DNA from: a virus
Reading direction: 5' to 3' (one strand)
DNA: 64,000 nt
IMG/VR virus record: IMGVR_UViG_3300036820_000004
Location: 1 to 64,000 of that record
Position 1 is the first letter of the stretch. Each line of letters opens with the position of its first letter. The notes beneath the pieces were generated by a model. It was not told the DNA's origin. It saw only the letters and a program-made list of their open reading frames with translations, and made no database searches. Shown here in pieces: positions 39,038-48,374 of the stretch. The position numbers and the translations under genes are program-made.

Positions 39038-39301
39038 ATGCCGGGTATGCGAAGCGTGCTCCCCGATAACCACAAGGTAGAGACGTGGCATGAACTGTGC
39101 CTGGCGCTCGGCGGCGACGTGACCTCGTTCACGGGCGACCTGCTGCGGCTGATCGCCAAGGCTGATCCCGGGAACCGCGCACGGCTGCGCGCAGGCTTCC
39201 CGAAGCACGTGGCGGCGTGGGAGGCGTGGCAGGCAGCCGACCCGGGAGCCTTGACTGCGGGTGAGCTTCAGGCCGCACTCAGGGCCGTCCCGGATCTGTA
39301 A
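39038..39301 (+). CDS. hypothetical phage protein
   Basis: SFTGDLLRLIAKADPGNRARL..FP motif. Confidence 0.55.
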   Translation: MPGMRSVLPDNHKVETWHELCLALGGDVTSFTGDLLRLIAKADPGNRARLRAGFPKHVAAWEAWQAADPGALTAGELQAALRAVPDL

Positions 39302-39399
39302 GGAACACGCCGCTAGTCAAACTAGCCCCTGCTGTTGGAACTCGTCTCCTCGTGGCTCTACGCTCCTCTGCATTACTCCGGTAGCCGGGAGGCGGGGAC

Positions 39400-40506
39400 A
39401 TGGCTCAGCGGGAACGGTACTGGGTACACGGTCAGCCGGAGGTCAGCACCGAGGAGGAAGAAGGCCGTGCCTGCGCTCAGGGCACCTGGTGCGCCTCGCC
39501 GGTCCTGATACGCCAGGAAGACGGCACCTACCGGCGCGAGCCGCGCCCGGGCCCGAGAGCGTTCTGCGACCGGGACCGGGAGATCATCCGGGACAGGCTC
39601 GGCGAGCTCCCCGAAGGCTACGGCAGGCTCGGCGAGGAGATGCAAGAACTGCGCCGGGCGGGTGGCAGCAACCTGCGGATGCCGTTCGGCCCGTCGCTGC
39701 CGCTGCATGAAGGCATCGAGGCGCTGATGCGGGAGATGGCCCGCACCCTGGCCGGCTGGCACGCCCGCGTCGCCGCGGTGGCTAGGCTCACACCGCCCGA
39801 TCCGGAGCTCGTGATCCGCGACGGGAGCAAGGTCGTGGCCCGGGCCGCGGCGGTGCTCTGCGCGGATACGCACATTGACACGCTGCTGGGCCTGGAAGAT
39901 GGCTGGATGACCCGCAGCGTCTCGGTGCCGTTCCGGCATGAGCAGGAGATTGTCCGTGACCCGATCGCCCGGCCGGCGTGGCGTGTCCCGGCGCGTGACT
40001 GGCTGCCGGTGCCCGGCCAGGTCCAGGCCGCGCGTTCCCGTGAACCGCTGCCGCCCGGAATCGCCGAGGAGTACGCGGACTGCGAGATCGTGCATGTCGG
40101 CGCCGACTTCCTCAAGGTCATGAAACAGCCGGGCGGCGAACAGGCTGGCCTGGACATCCTGTCGCTGCACCGCCGCTGCGAGCGCCTCCTCGGTGAGGTC
40201 CGCCAGCACGCGGAGACCCTGGACGGGGTGCCGTGCCGCGAATGCGACGACATGGCCCTTGAGCGCGCCGAGCCGCCGTCGGACCCGTCCCGGCCGGCGA
40301 TGTACTCGGCGTGCGCGTCGTGCCGGGACACGATGACCCTCGCCGAATACCGGCAGTGGTCGGCGTGGTACGCCCGGTGGGCGGACGGCGCGGGCATGGA
40401 ATGCGCCCGCTGCCAGCGCGGATACCACGAGCAGTGTGAGTACAGCGCTCGCGTCTCGGCCCACGGCGGGTGCCGGTGCATGGCGTGCGGTCATCTCGCT
40501 GCCTGA
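39400..40506 (+). CDS. Cys-rich actinophage protein (possible late regulator)
   Basis: Several CxxC pairs; precedes HTH gene as in many actinophages. Confidence 0.65.
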   Translation: MAQRERYWVHGQPEVSTEEEEGRACAQGTWCASPVLIRQEDGTYRREPRPGPRAFCDRDREIIRDRLGELPEGYGRLGEEMQELRRAGGSNLRMPFGPSLPLHEGIEALMREMARTLAGWHARVAAVARLTPPDPELVIRDGSKVVARAAAVLCADTHIDTLLGLEDGWMTRSVSVPFRHEQEIVRDPIARPAWRVPARDWLPVPGQVQAARSREPLPPGIAEEYADCEIVHVGADFLKVMKQPGGEQAGLDILSLHRRCERLLGEVRQHAETLDGVPCRECDDMALERAEPPSDPSRPAMYSACASCRDTMTLAEYRQWSAWYARWADGAGMECARCQRGYHEQCEYSARVSAHGGCRCMACGHLAA

Positions 40507-40612
40507 CTTGACCGCAGGTCAGTCCAATGCCACACTAAAGACGCCTGACACCATTGTGCCCTGGAGCAACTCACGTCCGGGGCACCTTTTTTATGCGCCG
40601 GGGCGGGTGAAC

Positions 40613-40873
40613 ATGCTGGCCACCCGCGGAGACGGGCTCCTGAACACGGCGCAGTCGGCCCAGCTGGTCGGCGTGGAGCCGGCCACGATCCGCTCGTGGC
40701 GCAGCCGCGGGTGGCTGAAACCCCAGGGCCTGGACGAGCGCGGGCGCAAACTGCATTCCCGCGAGGCTGTGCGCACCGCTGACCGCATCGTGCGCGAGAA
40801 CGGGATGCGCACGCCGGTCGGCGATCCGCGGCGCCGGCGCGGGCGTTCCCGCCGCGCGCAGGCCGCTGCCTGA
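40613..40873 (+). CDS. MerR-like HTH protein
   Basis: LLNTAQSAQLVGVEPATIRSWRSRGWL. Confidence 0.75.
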   Translation: MLATRGDGLLNTAQSAQLVGVEPATIRSWRSRGWLKPQGLDERGRKLHSREAVRTADRIVRENGMRTPVGDPRRRRGRSRRAQAAA

Positions 40874-40888
40874 TTCTTGCCCCGTCAC

Positions 40889-42234
40889 CAGGGGCCTGTC
40901 CGAGAAAGCCCCGTCGTTCAGGGCGGGGATGAATCGGATGCCCTAACGCCCATCGTGTCGCTTACTCAAACCACCGAAATGTAGTAAACTTGCATTGTGA
41001 GGACGGCGCACAAGGTGCGGGCCTACCCGGCCCCCGAGCAGCAGGCGGTGCTGAACCGCACGTTCGGGTGCGTCCGCGTCGTCTGGAACCGCACCCTCGC
41101 TACCCGCCACGCCCGCTACCACGCCGAAGGCAACGGCACGTCGTACCGGGAATCCGACGCGGCACTGACCGCGATGAAGAAACTCCCCGAGGTGGAATGG
41201 CTGAACGAGGTGTCAGCGGTCCCCCTCCAGCAAACCTTGCGGCACCAGCACGCCGCGTTCCAGGCGTTCTTTCAGAAGCGCGCCCGGTACCCGCGGTTCA
41301 AGTCCCGGCGCGGGAAGCAGTCAGCTACCTACACCCGCGCGGCCTTCCGGTGGCGTGACGGGCATCTGACTCTCGCCAAGATGGACGCGCCGCTGCAGTT
41401 GGCGTGGTCGTGGCCGCACATTGACCCGGCGACACTGGACCCGTCCACGGTGACCGTGTCTCGCGACCCAGCCGGGCGGTGGTTCGCCGTCCTCCACGCC
41501 GACGTCCCGGACCCGGAACACCTGCCCGCGACCGGCCGGAACGTCGGCGTGGACCTCGGGCTCAAGGACTTCGCGGTGCTGTCCACGGGCGAGCACATCC
41601 CCCACCCGAAGCACATGGAACGCCGCGAGCGGCGGCTCAAGCGCTACCAGCGGCGGCTTGCCCGGTGCCAGCGCGGATCCGCGAACCGCGCCAAAGCAAA
41701 ACGGAAGGTCGCACGGCAGCACGCCCGGGTCGCTGATGCCCGCCGGGACTTCCTCCACAAGGCCAGCACTGATCTGGTGCGCCGCTTCGACGGCATCGCG
41801 GTCGAAGACCTGAACGTGTCCGGCATGGTCCGCAACCACTGCCTGGCCAGGTCAATCAGCCAGACCGGGTGGGCCGAGTTCCGCGCGTTCCTCGCCTACA
41901 AGGCAGAGCGGTACGGCCGGACCCTGGCTGTGGTGGACCGCTGGTACCCGTCATCGAAGACTTGCTCGGGATGCGGGCATCTGCTCGCGTCCCTTTCTCT
42001 GGGCACCCGCAAATGGGTGTGCCCAGGATGCGGCGTCCTGCACGACCGGGACGTGAACGCCGCGAAGAACATAGAGGTTGCCGCCGGGCTGGCGGCAGGT
42101 GCCGGAAACGGTGCCGATGCCTGCGGAGCGGATGTGAGACGGGCGGGGGCAACCCCGGCGCGGTCTGCTGTGAAACAGGAACCCTCGGGCGCGAGCCCGG
42201 GAATCCCCGTCCTTTAGGGCGGGGAGGATGTCAA
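40889..42234 (+). mobile_element. IS200/IS605-family element, tnpB only (IS1341-like)
   Basis: Left hairpin AAAGCCCCGTCGTTCAGGGCGGGG (40905); right hairpin GAATCCCCGTCCTTTAGGGCGGGG ending TCAA (42234); left boundary approximate. Confidence 0.85.
40997..42217 (+). CDS. tnpB: TnpB RNA-guided endonuclease
   Basis: HTH KVRAYP; RuvC VGVDLG, AVEDL, DRDVNAAKNI; Zn finger CSGCG/CPGCG all intact. Confidence 0.95.
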   Translation: MRTAHKVRAYPAPEQQAVLNRTFGCVRVVWNRTLATRHARYHAEGNGTSYRESDAALTAMKKLPEVEWLNEVSAVPLQQTLRHQHAAFQAFFQKRARYPRFKSRRGKQSATYTRAAFRWRDGHLTLAKMDAPLQLAWSWPHIDPATLDPSTVTVSRDPAGRWFAVLHADVPDPEHLPATGRNVGVDLGLKDFAVLSTGEHIPHPKHMERRERRLKRYQRRLARCQRGSANRAKAKRKVARQHARVADARRDFLHKASTDLVRRFDGIAVEDLNVSGMVRNHCLARSISQTGWAEFRAFLAYKAERYGRTLAVVDRWYPSSKTCSGCGHLLASLSLGTRKWVCPGCGVLHDRDVNAAKNIEVAAGLAAGAGNGADACGADVRRAGATPARSAVKQEPSGASPGIPVL

Positions 42235-42249
42235 CGGAAGGAACTTGCT

Positions 42250-42465
42250 GTGCTCGAAGAACTGCTTGCCGCGTTCCGTACCGTCGAGAAGGGCCTGTCC
42301 GGCACAGGCGTCGAAGCCGCTGCCAGCGAAGACGTGCAGAAGCTGGAAGCGATTCTCGCCGAGAGGGAGCAGGAAGCCGCGGCGGCAGTCACCCGGGCGG
42401 AGCAGAAGGCTGCGGCGTGGCTGGCGTCAAGGCTGCACCCGGAGGCGGTGGCACCGCCGCAGTAG
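42250..42465 (+). CDS. small helical protein
   Basis: GGAAGGA RBS just after IS right end. Confidence 0.55.
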   Translation: MLEELLAAFRTVEKGLSGTGVEAAASEDVQKLEAILAEREQEAAAAVTRAEQKAAAWLASRLHPEAVAPPQ

Positions 42466-42520
42466 CAACGTGGGTGCGCTTTCCGCATTGCGGGCGATGA
42501 CGTGTGGCAGGCTGGGGCCG

Positions 42521-42970
42521 GTGAGCGACACCGTAACCGTGCCGGACGGCATGAGGATCACTATCTGGCACTCGCTGACCGAGTTCACCACGACGCCCGT
42601 GCGCGCCATTCTCCACGTCCCCACCACGGTCACCGCCAGCTATGACGGCAACGCCCCCGGCTGGGTGCCCGAGACGCCGCCGCGGCGGCTGATCGGGTTC
42701 AGTTTCAGCTTCCTGGGCGAGATCGCCGGGCGCGCCATGGCCGAGGTGGACGAGATCGCCGCCATGATCGCCGCCCATCTGGCCGCGATGGATGAGGACT
42801 GGCCCGGTCAGGAGGCGCACGTGCGGCTGTACCCGGTCGTGGACATCTCGCTGATGTGGGAAGTTACGCCGGACCTGCAGCCCGATGGCCCGCGCCCTGA
42901 CGTGACCTTGTCGCTGCTCAGCCAGATCATGCCAGGCATCACCGGGACCGCGGTTTCTCCTCCTCGCTGA
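42521..42970 (+). CDS. hypothetical protein
   Basis: High-GC3 frame; start uncertain. Confidence 0.5.
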   Translation: MSDTVTVPDGMRITIWHSLTEFTTTPVRAILHVPTTVTASYDGNAPGWVPETPPRRLIGFSFSFLGEIAGRAMAEVDEIAAMIAAHLAAMDEDWPGQEAHVRLYPVVDISLMWEVTPDLQPDGPRPDVTLSLLSQIMPGITGTAVSPPR

Positions 42971-43385
42971 CGTTCTTTCCCCGTTCCGCGTCCCACTCCC
43001 GGTAGGTGGCCATGTGCCACCGTGGCTTGTCTCCCTCGAACTCGTCGGGTTCGGGGATGTCGCCCTTGTCCCGTAGTTTGACCTGCCACCGGTAGGTGAT
43101 GCCGGCGAGCCGGGCCCACTGGACGGGGCCGATGAGTGCGTCTCCGGGCAGCGCCGAGGGGTCGGGGGGCAGCCGTGCGACGCGGTGCGGCCGTGCTGAC
43201 CCGGGTGTGAGGTCGTCGCGTTCGGGCAGCCACCCGTGGACGTCTCCGATGCCCGGCACCGGGATCACGTAGTCCGGTCCGGCGATGGCGTCGCTGCCGC
43301 GTTTGAGGCGCTGGGTGACGGCCCTTCGGGACAGTCCCATGCGCTTGCCTGCCTCGGTGGAGTTGAGCAGCCGCTTCGGGGTCAT
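42939..43385 (-). CDS. tandem HTH (AlpA/excisionase-like) protein
   Basis: LLNSTEAGKRMGLSRRAV and LIG..WARLAGI..IPEPD..PRW repeats; GGAGGA RBS. Confidence 0.65.
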   Translation of the reverse strand: MTPKRLLNSTEAGKRMGLSRRAVTQRLKRGSDAIAGPDYVIPVPGIGDVHGWLPERDDLTPGSARPHRVARLPPDPSALPGDALIGPVQWARLAGITYRWQVKLRDKGDIPEPDEFEGDKPRWHMATYREWDAERGKNVSEEEKPRSR

Positions 43386-43528
43386 GCGTCCTCCTCGGCG
43401 CCCCACGCAATGATGCCGCCTGCGGTCGCCGCAGTGAAGTACGGGACATCACGCCATGTCGGGGTCATCATCCGCGTGAGCCGGTCAACGCTGTGCCGCG
43501 TCTTGTCGTCCAGGTCGTCGGGCGTCAT
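43382..43528 (-). CDS. small hypothetical protein
   Basis: GGAGGA RBS, ATGA coupling. Confidence 0.45.
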   Translation of the reverse strand: MTPDDLDDKTRHSVDRLTRMMTPTWRDVPYFTAATAGGIIAWGAEEDA

Positions 43529-43845
43529 GCGTCCTCCGTGGTACTGAGGGCGTCCAGGGCGGCGTTCAGCCGGTTCTGGCGTTCCTGGTCGGCGTCGGAA
43601 AGGTTCAGCCGCCAGCATGCAACGGAGACGCGCCCGGCCTGGCCGAGGAGACGCCAGTTCGCGGTGAACGGGTCGTCAAGGATCACCTCGAGGACGCCTT
43701 GCGTGCGAGCATGGATGTAGACGTGCTTGCGGATGATGCCAGCCACGACCGGGTCGCACAGGTCGGGGAAGTCCCCGGCGAGGACGTCGACCACGGCGCA
43801 GGCGTAGGGGTCCGCGTCCCATGGTGCTGCTGTCTCGCTGGTCAC
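43525..43845 (-). CDS. hypothetical protein
   Basis: Coupled stop; GGAG RBS. Confidence 0.55.
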   Translation of the reverse strand: MTSETAAPWDADPYACAVVDVLAGDFPDLCDPVVAGIIRKHVYIHARTQGVLEVILDDPFTANWRLLGQAGRVSVACWRLNLSDADQERQNRLNAALDALSTTEDA

Positions 43846-43860
43846 CGGAAGCTCCGCGAG

Positions 43861-43893
43861 GAAGCCCCGTCGTTCACGGCGGGGAGTAGTCAA
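43861..43893 (+). mobile_element. solo IS200/IS605 right-end-like hairpin
   Basis: GAAGCCCCGTCGTTCACGGCGGGGAGTAGTCAA, nearly identical to tnpB element end hairpins. Confidence 0.75.
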
Positions 43894-44171
43894 CGGTTGC
43901 TCCCTTCCTGCTGCTCGAAGTACTCCGCGATCAGGTCCCGCTCCGGCTTGTCGTTCCGGTGCGCTATCCCGTACGCCACCCCGAAGACAACAAGCGCAGC
44001 GATGACGCCGAGGATGCACAGCGCGATCACGCGGGCCGCGCCGCCCACGGCGATGGGGACAGCAAAGATCACGAAGATCCAGATGACCTTGGTCAGCGGC
44101 TGCCAGTCAGTCTTCTGCCCGGTGCCGCCCCGTCGTGCTGACCTCAGGCCAGCGAACACGATCCAGCGCAT
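43890..44171 (-). CDS. 2-TM membrane protein
   Basis: AAGGAGGAG RBS; hydrophobic helices. Confidence 0.6.
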   Translation of the reverse strand: MRWIVFAGLRSARRGGTGQKTDWQPLTKVIWIFVIFAVPIAVGGAARVIALCILGVIAALVVFGVAYGIAHRNDKPERDLIAEYFEQQEGSNR

Positions 44172-44212
44172 CACTCCTCCTTGGTGAGAGTCTGCTGTCC
44201 GGGCTGAAAAGC

Positions 44213-44455
44213 TCAGCGAGGGACGACGGCGCCGCGACGGATGTCGCCCGCGAACAGGGCGCACACCTGGATGCCGGTAAGAAACCCGACGATCCCTTCC
44301 TTGGTTGTGAACTTGAGGATCTGGCCGCGCCAGCCCACGATCCACTGCTCGCCTATGGGGTCGGTGGGCAGCACGTACTCGATCATGCCGGCTTCCTGGT
44401 AGGCCTTCAGGTCCTCGTAGATGCGCTCGTCGGTCACTTCGGCTGGTTCGCTCAC
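44213..44455 (-). CDS. hypothetical protein
   Basis: GAGGAGGA RBS. Confidence 0.6.
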   Translation of the reverse strand: MSEPAEVTDERIYEDLKAYQEAGMIEYVLPTDPIGEQWIVGWRGQILKFTTKEGIVGFLTGIQVCALFAGDIRRGAVVPR

Positions 44456-44542
44456 CGTTCCTCCTCGCTGCTGATCTTGGTTGTCCTGCGTGCCCGGCGG
44501 TGCATCGCTGCGTACGGCGGGAACCCGCCGCCGGGCTGGTGG

Positions 44543-46027
44543 TCACTCGTCCTCGCTGAACGCGTCCCAGCCGGTCATGATCTGGTCCAGGCGCTCGGCC
44601 TTCTCCTCGTCATCGGCCGGCTGCCCGCCCGTGGCGACCATTTCCTCGATCGCGTCACGCGCGACCTGCGGCCAGTCACCGCCCGCGACGTCGGCCACGA
44701 TCAGGAGCGGCTCGGCCAGCTGCGCCGACCGGTTGCCGATGCCCTCAGGCATCTCCGGCACGTGCGTGGCGAGTTCGCCGATGTGCTGCCCGGCCCACGT
44801 GCTCATCCGCTCCGAGATGACCTGCGCGGCGAACCGCGCCGAGGAGTCGTAGCGCGGTGCCCGCCAGTTGTCCGGTGCGCGGCGCATGCGCAGCCGCCAC
44901 GCGCGGCTGAGCGTGGCGGCCATGGTGCCCTCAGTGCCGTGCTCGATCTTGTCGAGGCCGGCCAGGGCCAGCGGCCCGAACGTGCAAAGCCGGTGAACCG
45001 ATCCGTTGCGCACCCTTGCCCACACCCCGTCGGGAGTGTAGCCATCGTTGATGATGGCCCGGATCGCGGCCTTTCGCGTGCCCTTGCCGAACAGCACATC
45101 GGCCTCGTCCAGGAAAATCGACTCGTGCGCGCCGATGGAGTGCGCGACCGCCGGCTCGCTCGGCTCCGTCATCACCACAGGCGACGGGCAGAGCCGGGAG
45201 ACGGCTTTCATGGCCTCGCTCTTGCCGCTGCCCGGCTCAGCCGAGGAGAACAGCAGCCGCGGCGATGACAGGAACACGAGCATGCCGCTCGCGTCCCGGC
45301 AGTGGGTGTGCATCGCCCACAGCGCCGCGACGGTGAGAGCTTCGGGGCTCGGCCAGATGATCAGGTGGCCGAGGAACTTGCGGGCGTACTCAATCGTCTC
45401 AGCGCCGTCCGCGAATCCCCGCGACCGCGCCACGGCCGAACTCTCGCGTACCGCGACCCGGCCGCGCGCCTGAGCGCTCAGAACCGCCGCACGCTCCCGC
45501 CCCGCCGCCTGGTAGCCCGCTATCCGGCTAGCCGCCGTGGTGTCCGCTGCCGCTGGCTCAGCGGCGCGCCGTGCCGTGTCTTCGTCCATGCCTTCTCCCT
45601 TGCTGCTGTCTTGTGCCGCTGCGTCGCGTTCATCGCGCTGGATACGGCGGCCGTCGCTGATCTGCTGCCGGTACTGCGTCACTGAAACCCTCGGCGACGA
45701 ATCCCAGAAGTTCCGGAGCTCCTCGGTCGCGTTCGCCATGGCCCAGGCCTGCGTGCCCGACCACAGCGACCATGCGTCGGTGACCTTGGAACCGCGGGCC
45801 ACAAGATTTCCAGCGCACGCCTCCTCGGCTGCCATGTATTGCGCGTGCGCCGCGTCCACCCATTCGGATGCGTCGCCGCGGCGTGCCCGGCGCTGCCGCT
45901 CGAGCTTCTCCCGGCGTTCAATCTCGCCGAGGACAAGGCCGGCCGCGCTTTCGTCGTGGGCCACCTTGCCGTACAGGTCGGTGAGCGCGTCCAGTGTGGG
46001 AACGTCCCGCAGTGCCGCGGTGCTCAC
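44543..46027 (-). CDS. DUF3631-like P-loop ATPase
   Basis: ALWAMHTH, PRLLFSSAEPGSGKS, IFLDEADVLFG, INDGY, FGPLALAG, EPLLIVADVAGGDWP. Confidence 0.75.
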   Translation of the reverse strand: MSTAALRDVPTLDALTDLYGKVAHDESAAGLVLGEIERREKLERQRRARRGDASEWVDAAHAQYMAAEEACAGNLVARGSKVTDAWSLWSGTQAWAMANATEELRNFWDSSPRVSVTQYRQQISDGRRIQRDERDAAAQDSSKGEGMDEDTARRAAEPAAADTTAASRIAGYQAAGRERAAVLSAQARGRVAVRESSAVARSRGFADGAETIEYARKFLGHLIIWPSPEALTVAALWAMHTHCRDASGMLVFLSSPRLLFSSAEPGSGKSEAMKAVSRLCPSPVVMTEPSEPAVAHSIGAHESIFLDEADVLFGKGTRKAAIRAIINDGYTPDGVWARVRNGSVHRLCTFGPLALAGLDKIEHGTEGTMAATLSRAWRLRMRRAPDNWRAPRYDSSARFAAQVISERMSTWAGQHIGELATHVPEMPEGIGNRSAQLAEPLLIVADVAGGDWPQVARDAIEEMVATGGQPADDEEKAERLDQIMTGWDAFSEDE

Positions 46028-46296
46028 AGCTGGTCCGCGAACATGTCGGGCGTGCCGCACGGGTCGGGTTTCGGCTTCGCGCCGAGGTCCAGACCGGGCG
46101 TGACGTCGAACAGGGTCAGCGGCTCGGCCGCGTCCATGTCCTGCCTGCGCAGGTCCGCCCACAGAGGCTGGCCGTGCGATACTTGGTCCATCGGAAACCT
46201 CTCCCAAGGTTGCTTTTCCGATGCAGGCCCGGGGCGTTCCAGCGCCAACCGGGCCTGCCCTCTCTTGAGTTGTGCGGGTGAGTCTAGCAGACTCAC
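46024..46296 (-). CDS. hypothetical protein
   Basis: Coupled to downstream ATPase; start uncertain. Confidence 0.4.
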   Translation of the reverse strand: MSLLDSPAQLKRGQARLALERPGPASEKQPWERFPMDQVSHGQPLWADLRRQDMDAAEPLTLFDVTPGLDLGAKPKPDPCGTPDMFADQL

Positions 46297-46369
46297 GATG
46301 TGAATGGTGCCCGGCTCGCGGTCTGGCCGCTGCCGCCCCGTGGAGGCGCGGGAAACCGGGCGGAAAAGC

Positions 46370-46522
46370 TCAGCGAGGGGATGGGTCCGCTGGCCTGATC
46401 ACGGCCATATAGCCGCAGTTGTCGCACCAGACCATGAACGTGTCGCGGACCAGGCCGCTGACCCACTTGTTCTGGCCGCAGTAGCACTCCTCGCCGGCAG
46501 GGACCTGGACGGCCGGTTTCAC
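46370..46522 (-). CDS. small Zn-ribbon protein
   Basis: CYCG..CDNCG; GTGA coupling. Confidence 0.5.
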   Translation of the reverse strand: MKPAVQVPAGEECYCGQNKWVSGLVRDTFMVWCDNCGYMAVIRPADPSPR

Positions 46523-46701
46523 GACTCGCCGCCACCCGCGTAGAGGTGGCAGTCGCACTCGTCCAGGCCGCACGGCACGTCGGCGCACCGGTCCATGCGT
46601 CCGTTCATGCCCTCCATCTCGGCTTCAGTGACGCCGCAGAAGCGGCAGGTCAGTCCCTCGCCGCGGTACTCCGGGTCGCGTATCCACTCGTGCTCACCCA
46701 T
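46519..46701 (-). CDS. small Cys-rich protein
   Basis: AAGGA RBS; CRFCG, CGLDECDCH. Confidence 0.55.
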   Translation of the reverse strand: MGEHEWIRDPEYRGEGLTCRFCGVTEAEMEGMNGRMDRCADVPCGLDECDCHLYAGGGES

Positions 46702-46792
46702 CAGCGTTTCCTTTCGGTGCTGGTTTTGCTTGTCGTGCCTGCCGTTGCTTTGAGGCGTAGCCGGCGAGACTCCCGGCACGGCAGGCTAGGTG

Positions 46793-47152
46793 CTAGCTGA
46801 TTCGGTTGATCACCAGCAGCGGGTACAGGCTCCGGAACGCGCCATCACCGCCGCCGTTGTCCATCTCAATCTCCCCGGCTGGCTCAATCTCGTACACGCA
46901 TCCCCGCGGCCCGACCGCATCGGCGTAACTCTCGGCCGTCGAAAGATCCGTGGTGAAGTACACGTACACCGACCGGCCACGGTCATCGAACGTGTCGCCC
47001 CACGAGTTAGGCCTGGCGCCAGCTGTGAGCACGTCTCCGGGGTGCATGCGCGCCGAGCCGCCGTGGTAGAACGGGCCGGCCACGACGCGTGTCTCTTCGG
47101 TGTAGTCGCCGTCCGGTGTAGCCACGAGCACGCGATACTCGGCGCTGGTCAT
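46793..47152 (-). CDS. Arr-like ADP-ribosyltransferase
   Basis: GPFYHG..GDVLTAG..VYFTTD..A..YA..VYEIEPAGEIE.D matches the Arr (H-Y-D) ART pattern. Confidence 0.7.
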   Translation of the reverse strand: MTSAEYRVLVATPDGDYTEETRVVAGPFYHGGSARMHPGDVLTAGARPNSWGDTFDDRGRSVYVYFTTDLSTAESYADAVGPRGCVYEIEPAGEIEMDNGGGDGAFRSLYPLLVINRIS

Positions 47153-47404
47153 CGCTCCTCCCTCGGTGCGCTCTTGATCTGGCCTAGAACGGCGGCGCGA
47201 ACGCCCGCAGTGCCCACATGGTGTGACGCCCGGTGCTGCGCAAGTTCAGGCGGAACGTGTAGCGTCGGGCGTGGCGCCCGCGGCGCTGGCGGATCATGGT
47301 CATCGCTGGTTTCTCCCTTGGCTGAGGGTTGCTTTTGGTGTTGCGTGCCTGCCGCCGCTTCCGGGGCGTGGCCGGCTGATACCGGCACGGCAGGCTGAGT
47401 GTTG

Positions 47405-47719
47405 CTAGCCGGCGCGCTGCGCTTCCCGCTTGACCGCGGTCACGTGCTGGCCGTGGAAAGATGGCGCGAGCCACTTGCGGACGTAACCGGCGGCCCGCCA
47501 CCCGCACGAACATTGAGCGTTGACCAGGTGGGGAAACTCCGCATCGGCAAGCGCGCGGTATTCGTGCGGTTCGATGCTCGCTAGCGATTCCGTGTCGACC
47601 TTGACAGTGCACGGGTCCTGCCGGTTCTTGTGCGTGAGCAGCGGGTATCCGCATTGCTCACAGTGCCGGTACATCCCGCAGTCATCGCCGTGGGTGTGCG
47701 GCCTTCTCGGTGCCATCAC
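47405..47719 (-). CDS. Cys/His-rich hypothetical protein
   Basis: GGAGG RBS; CEQC, CSCGW. Confidence 0.55.
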   Translation of the reverse strand: MMAPRRPHTHGDDCGMYRHCEQCGYPLLTHKNRQDPCTVKVDTESLASIEPHEYRALADAEFPHLVNAQCSCGWRAAGYVRKWLAPSFHGQHVTAVKREAQRAG

Positions 47720-47783
47720 TGCCTCCCGGGCTCATCAGCGTGCGCTCCACGCACGGACCCGCACACAAGGTGCAGGTTTCGCC

Positions 47784-48038
47784 CTAGTTCCCGTAGTGAG
47801 CCACAGCGACCCACACACCATCGGTGCACACAAACTCCCGGCCAGCATGCGGCAAACGCCACGCCGACCCCTCACCAGCACCGTTCACCGTGACCGACAT
47901 CGCATCACCAGACGGCAGCGACGGACGCGAACACGCCGCCGGACCAGCCGAACCATGCGGCACAACAGCCAGCGTCACACCAGCAGCCAGCACAGCACCG
48001 CACACAGCGGCGACAAGACTCCGGACCATGACCAGCAC
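47784..48038 (-). CDS. small secreted protein
   Basis: GAGGGAG RBS; signal peptide. Confidence 0.55.
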   Translation of the reverse strand: MLVMVRSLVAAVCGAVLAAGVTLAVVPHGSAGPAACSRPSLPSGDAMSVTVNGAGEGSAWRLPHAGREFVCTDGVWVAVAHYGN

Positions 48039-48344
48039 ACTCCCTCACTCGATGAATGCTTGATCCTGCCGACCACACAGGTTCGGCACAGTCGCCGTAT
48101 CTAGGCGAAAGTTGTTCATTACGCGGTTACCCGCGAGTAGAAGTGCCACGTTTGCGCAGGTCGCACCCGTACCCGTGAGTAACACTGTGCCCTGGCGTGC
48201 TTTGAGGCCTAGCCGCGACGTCCGGCCGCCAGAGCTTTAGGTGACTGCCCGCTTACCGTGACGTTTCCGCGGAGCCTGTGCGCCGACCGGTTCGCTCTCA
48301 CGCTTAGCTATCCGGCGCACATCCCCGGACCTGGCTCCGGGTGG

Positions 48345-48364
48345 CTGTTCAGTTATCAAGGTGC
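48345..48364 (-). promoter_or_regulatory. boxA-like element
   Basis: GCACCTTGATAACTGAACAG resembles actinobacterial rrn leader boxA region (..CCTTGAGAACTCAACAG). Confidence 0.5.
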
Positions 48365-48374
48365 TTGCGTGAGC

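Noticed and set aside
42235-42254. TnpB guide self-target at 56593 (GGAAGGAACT)
   Set aside because: Only a 10-nt RBS-like match
43381-43537. Repeated GGAGGACGCATGAC and many genes ending EAS/GAA/EVTS
   Set aside because: Explained by overlapping RBS plus start/stop coupling
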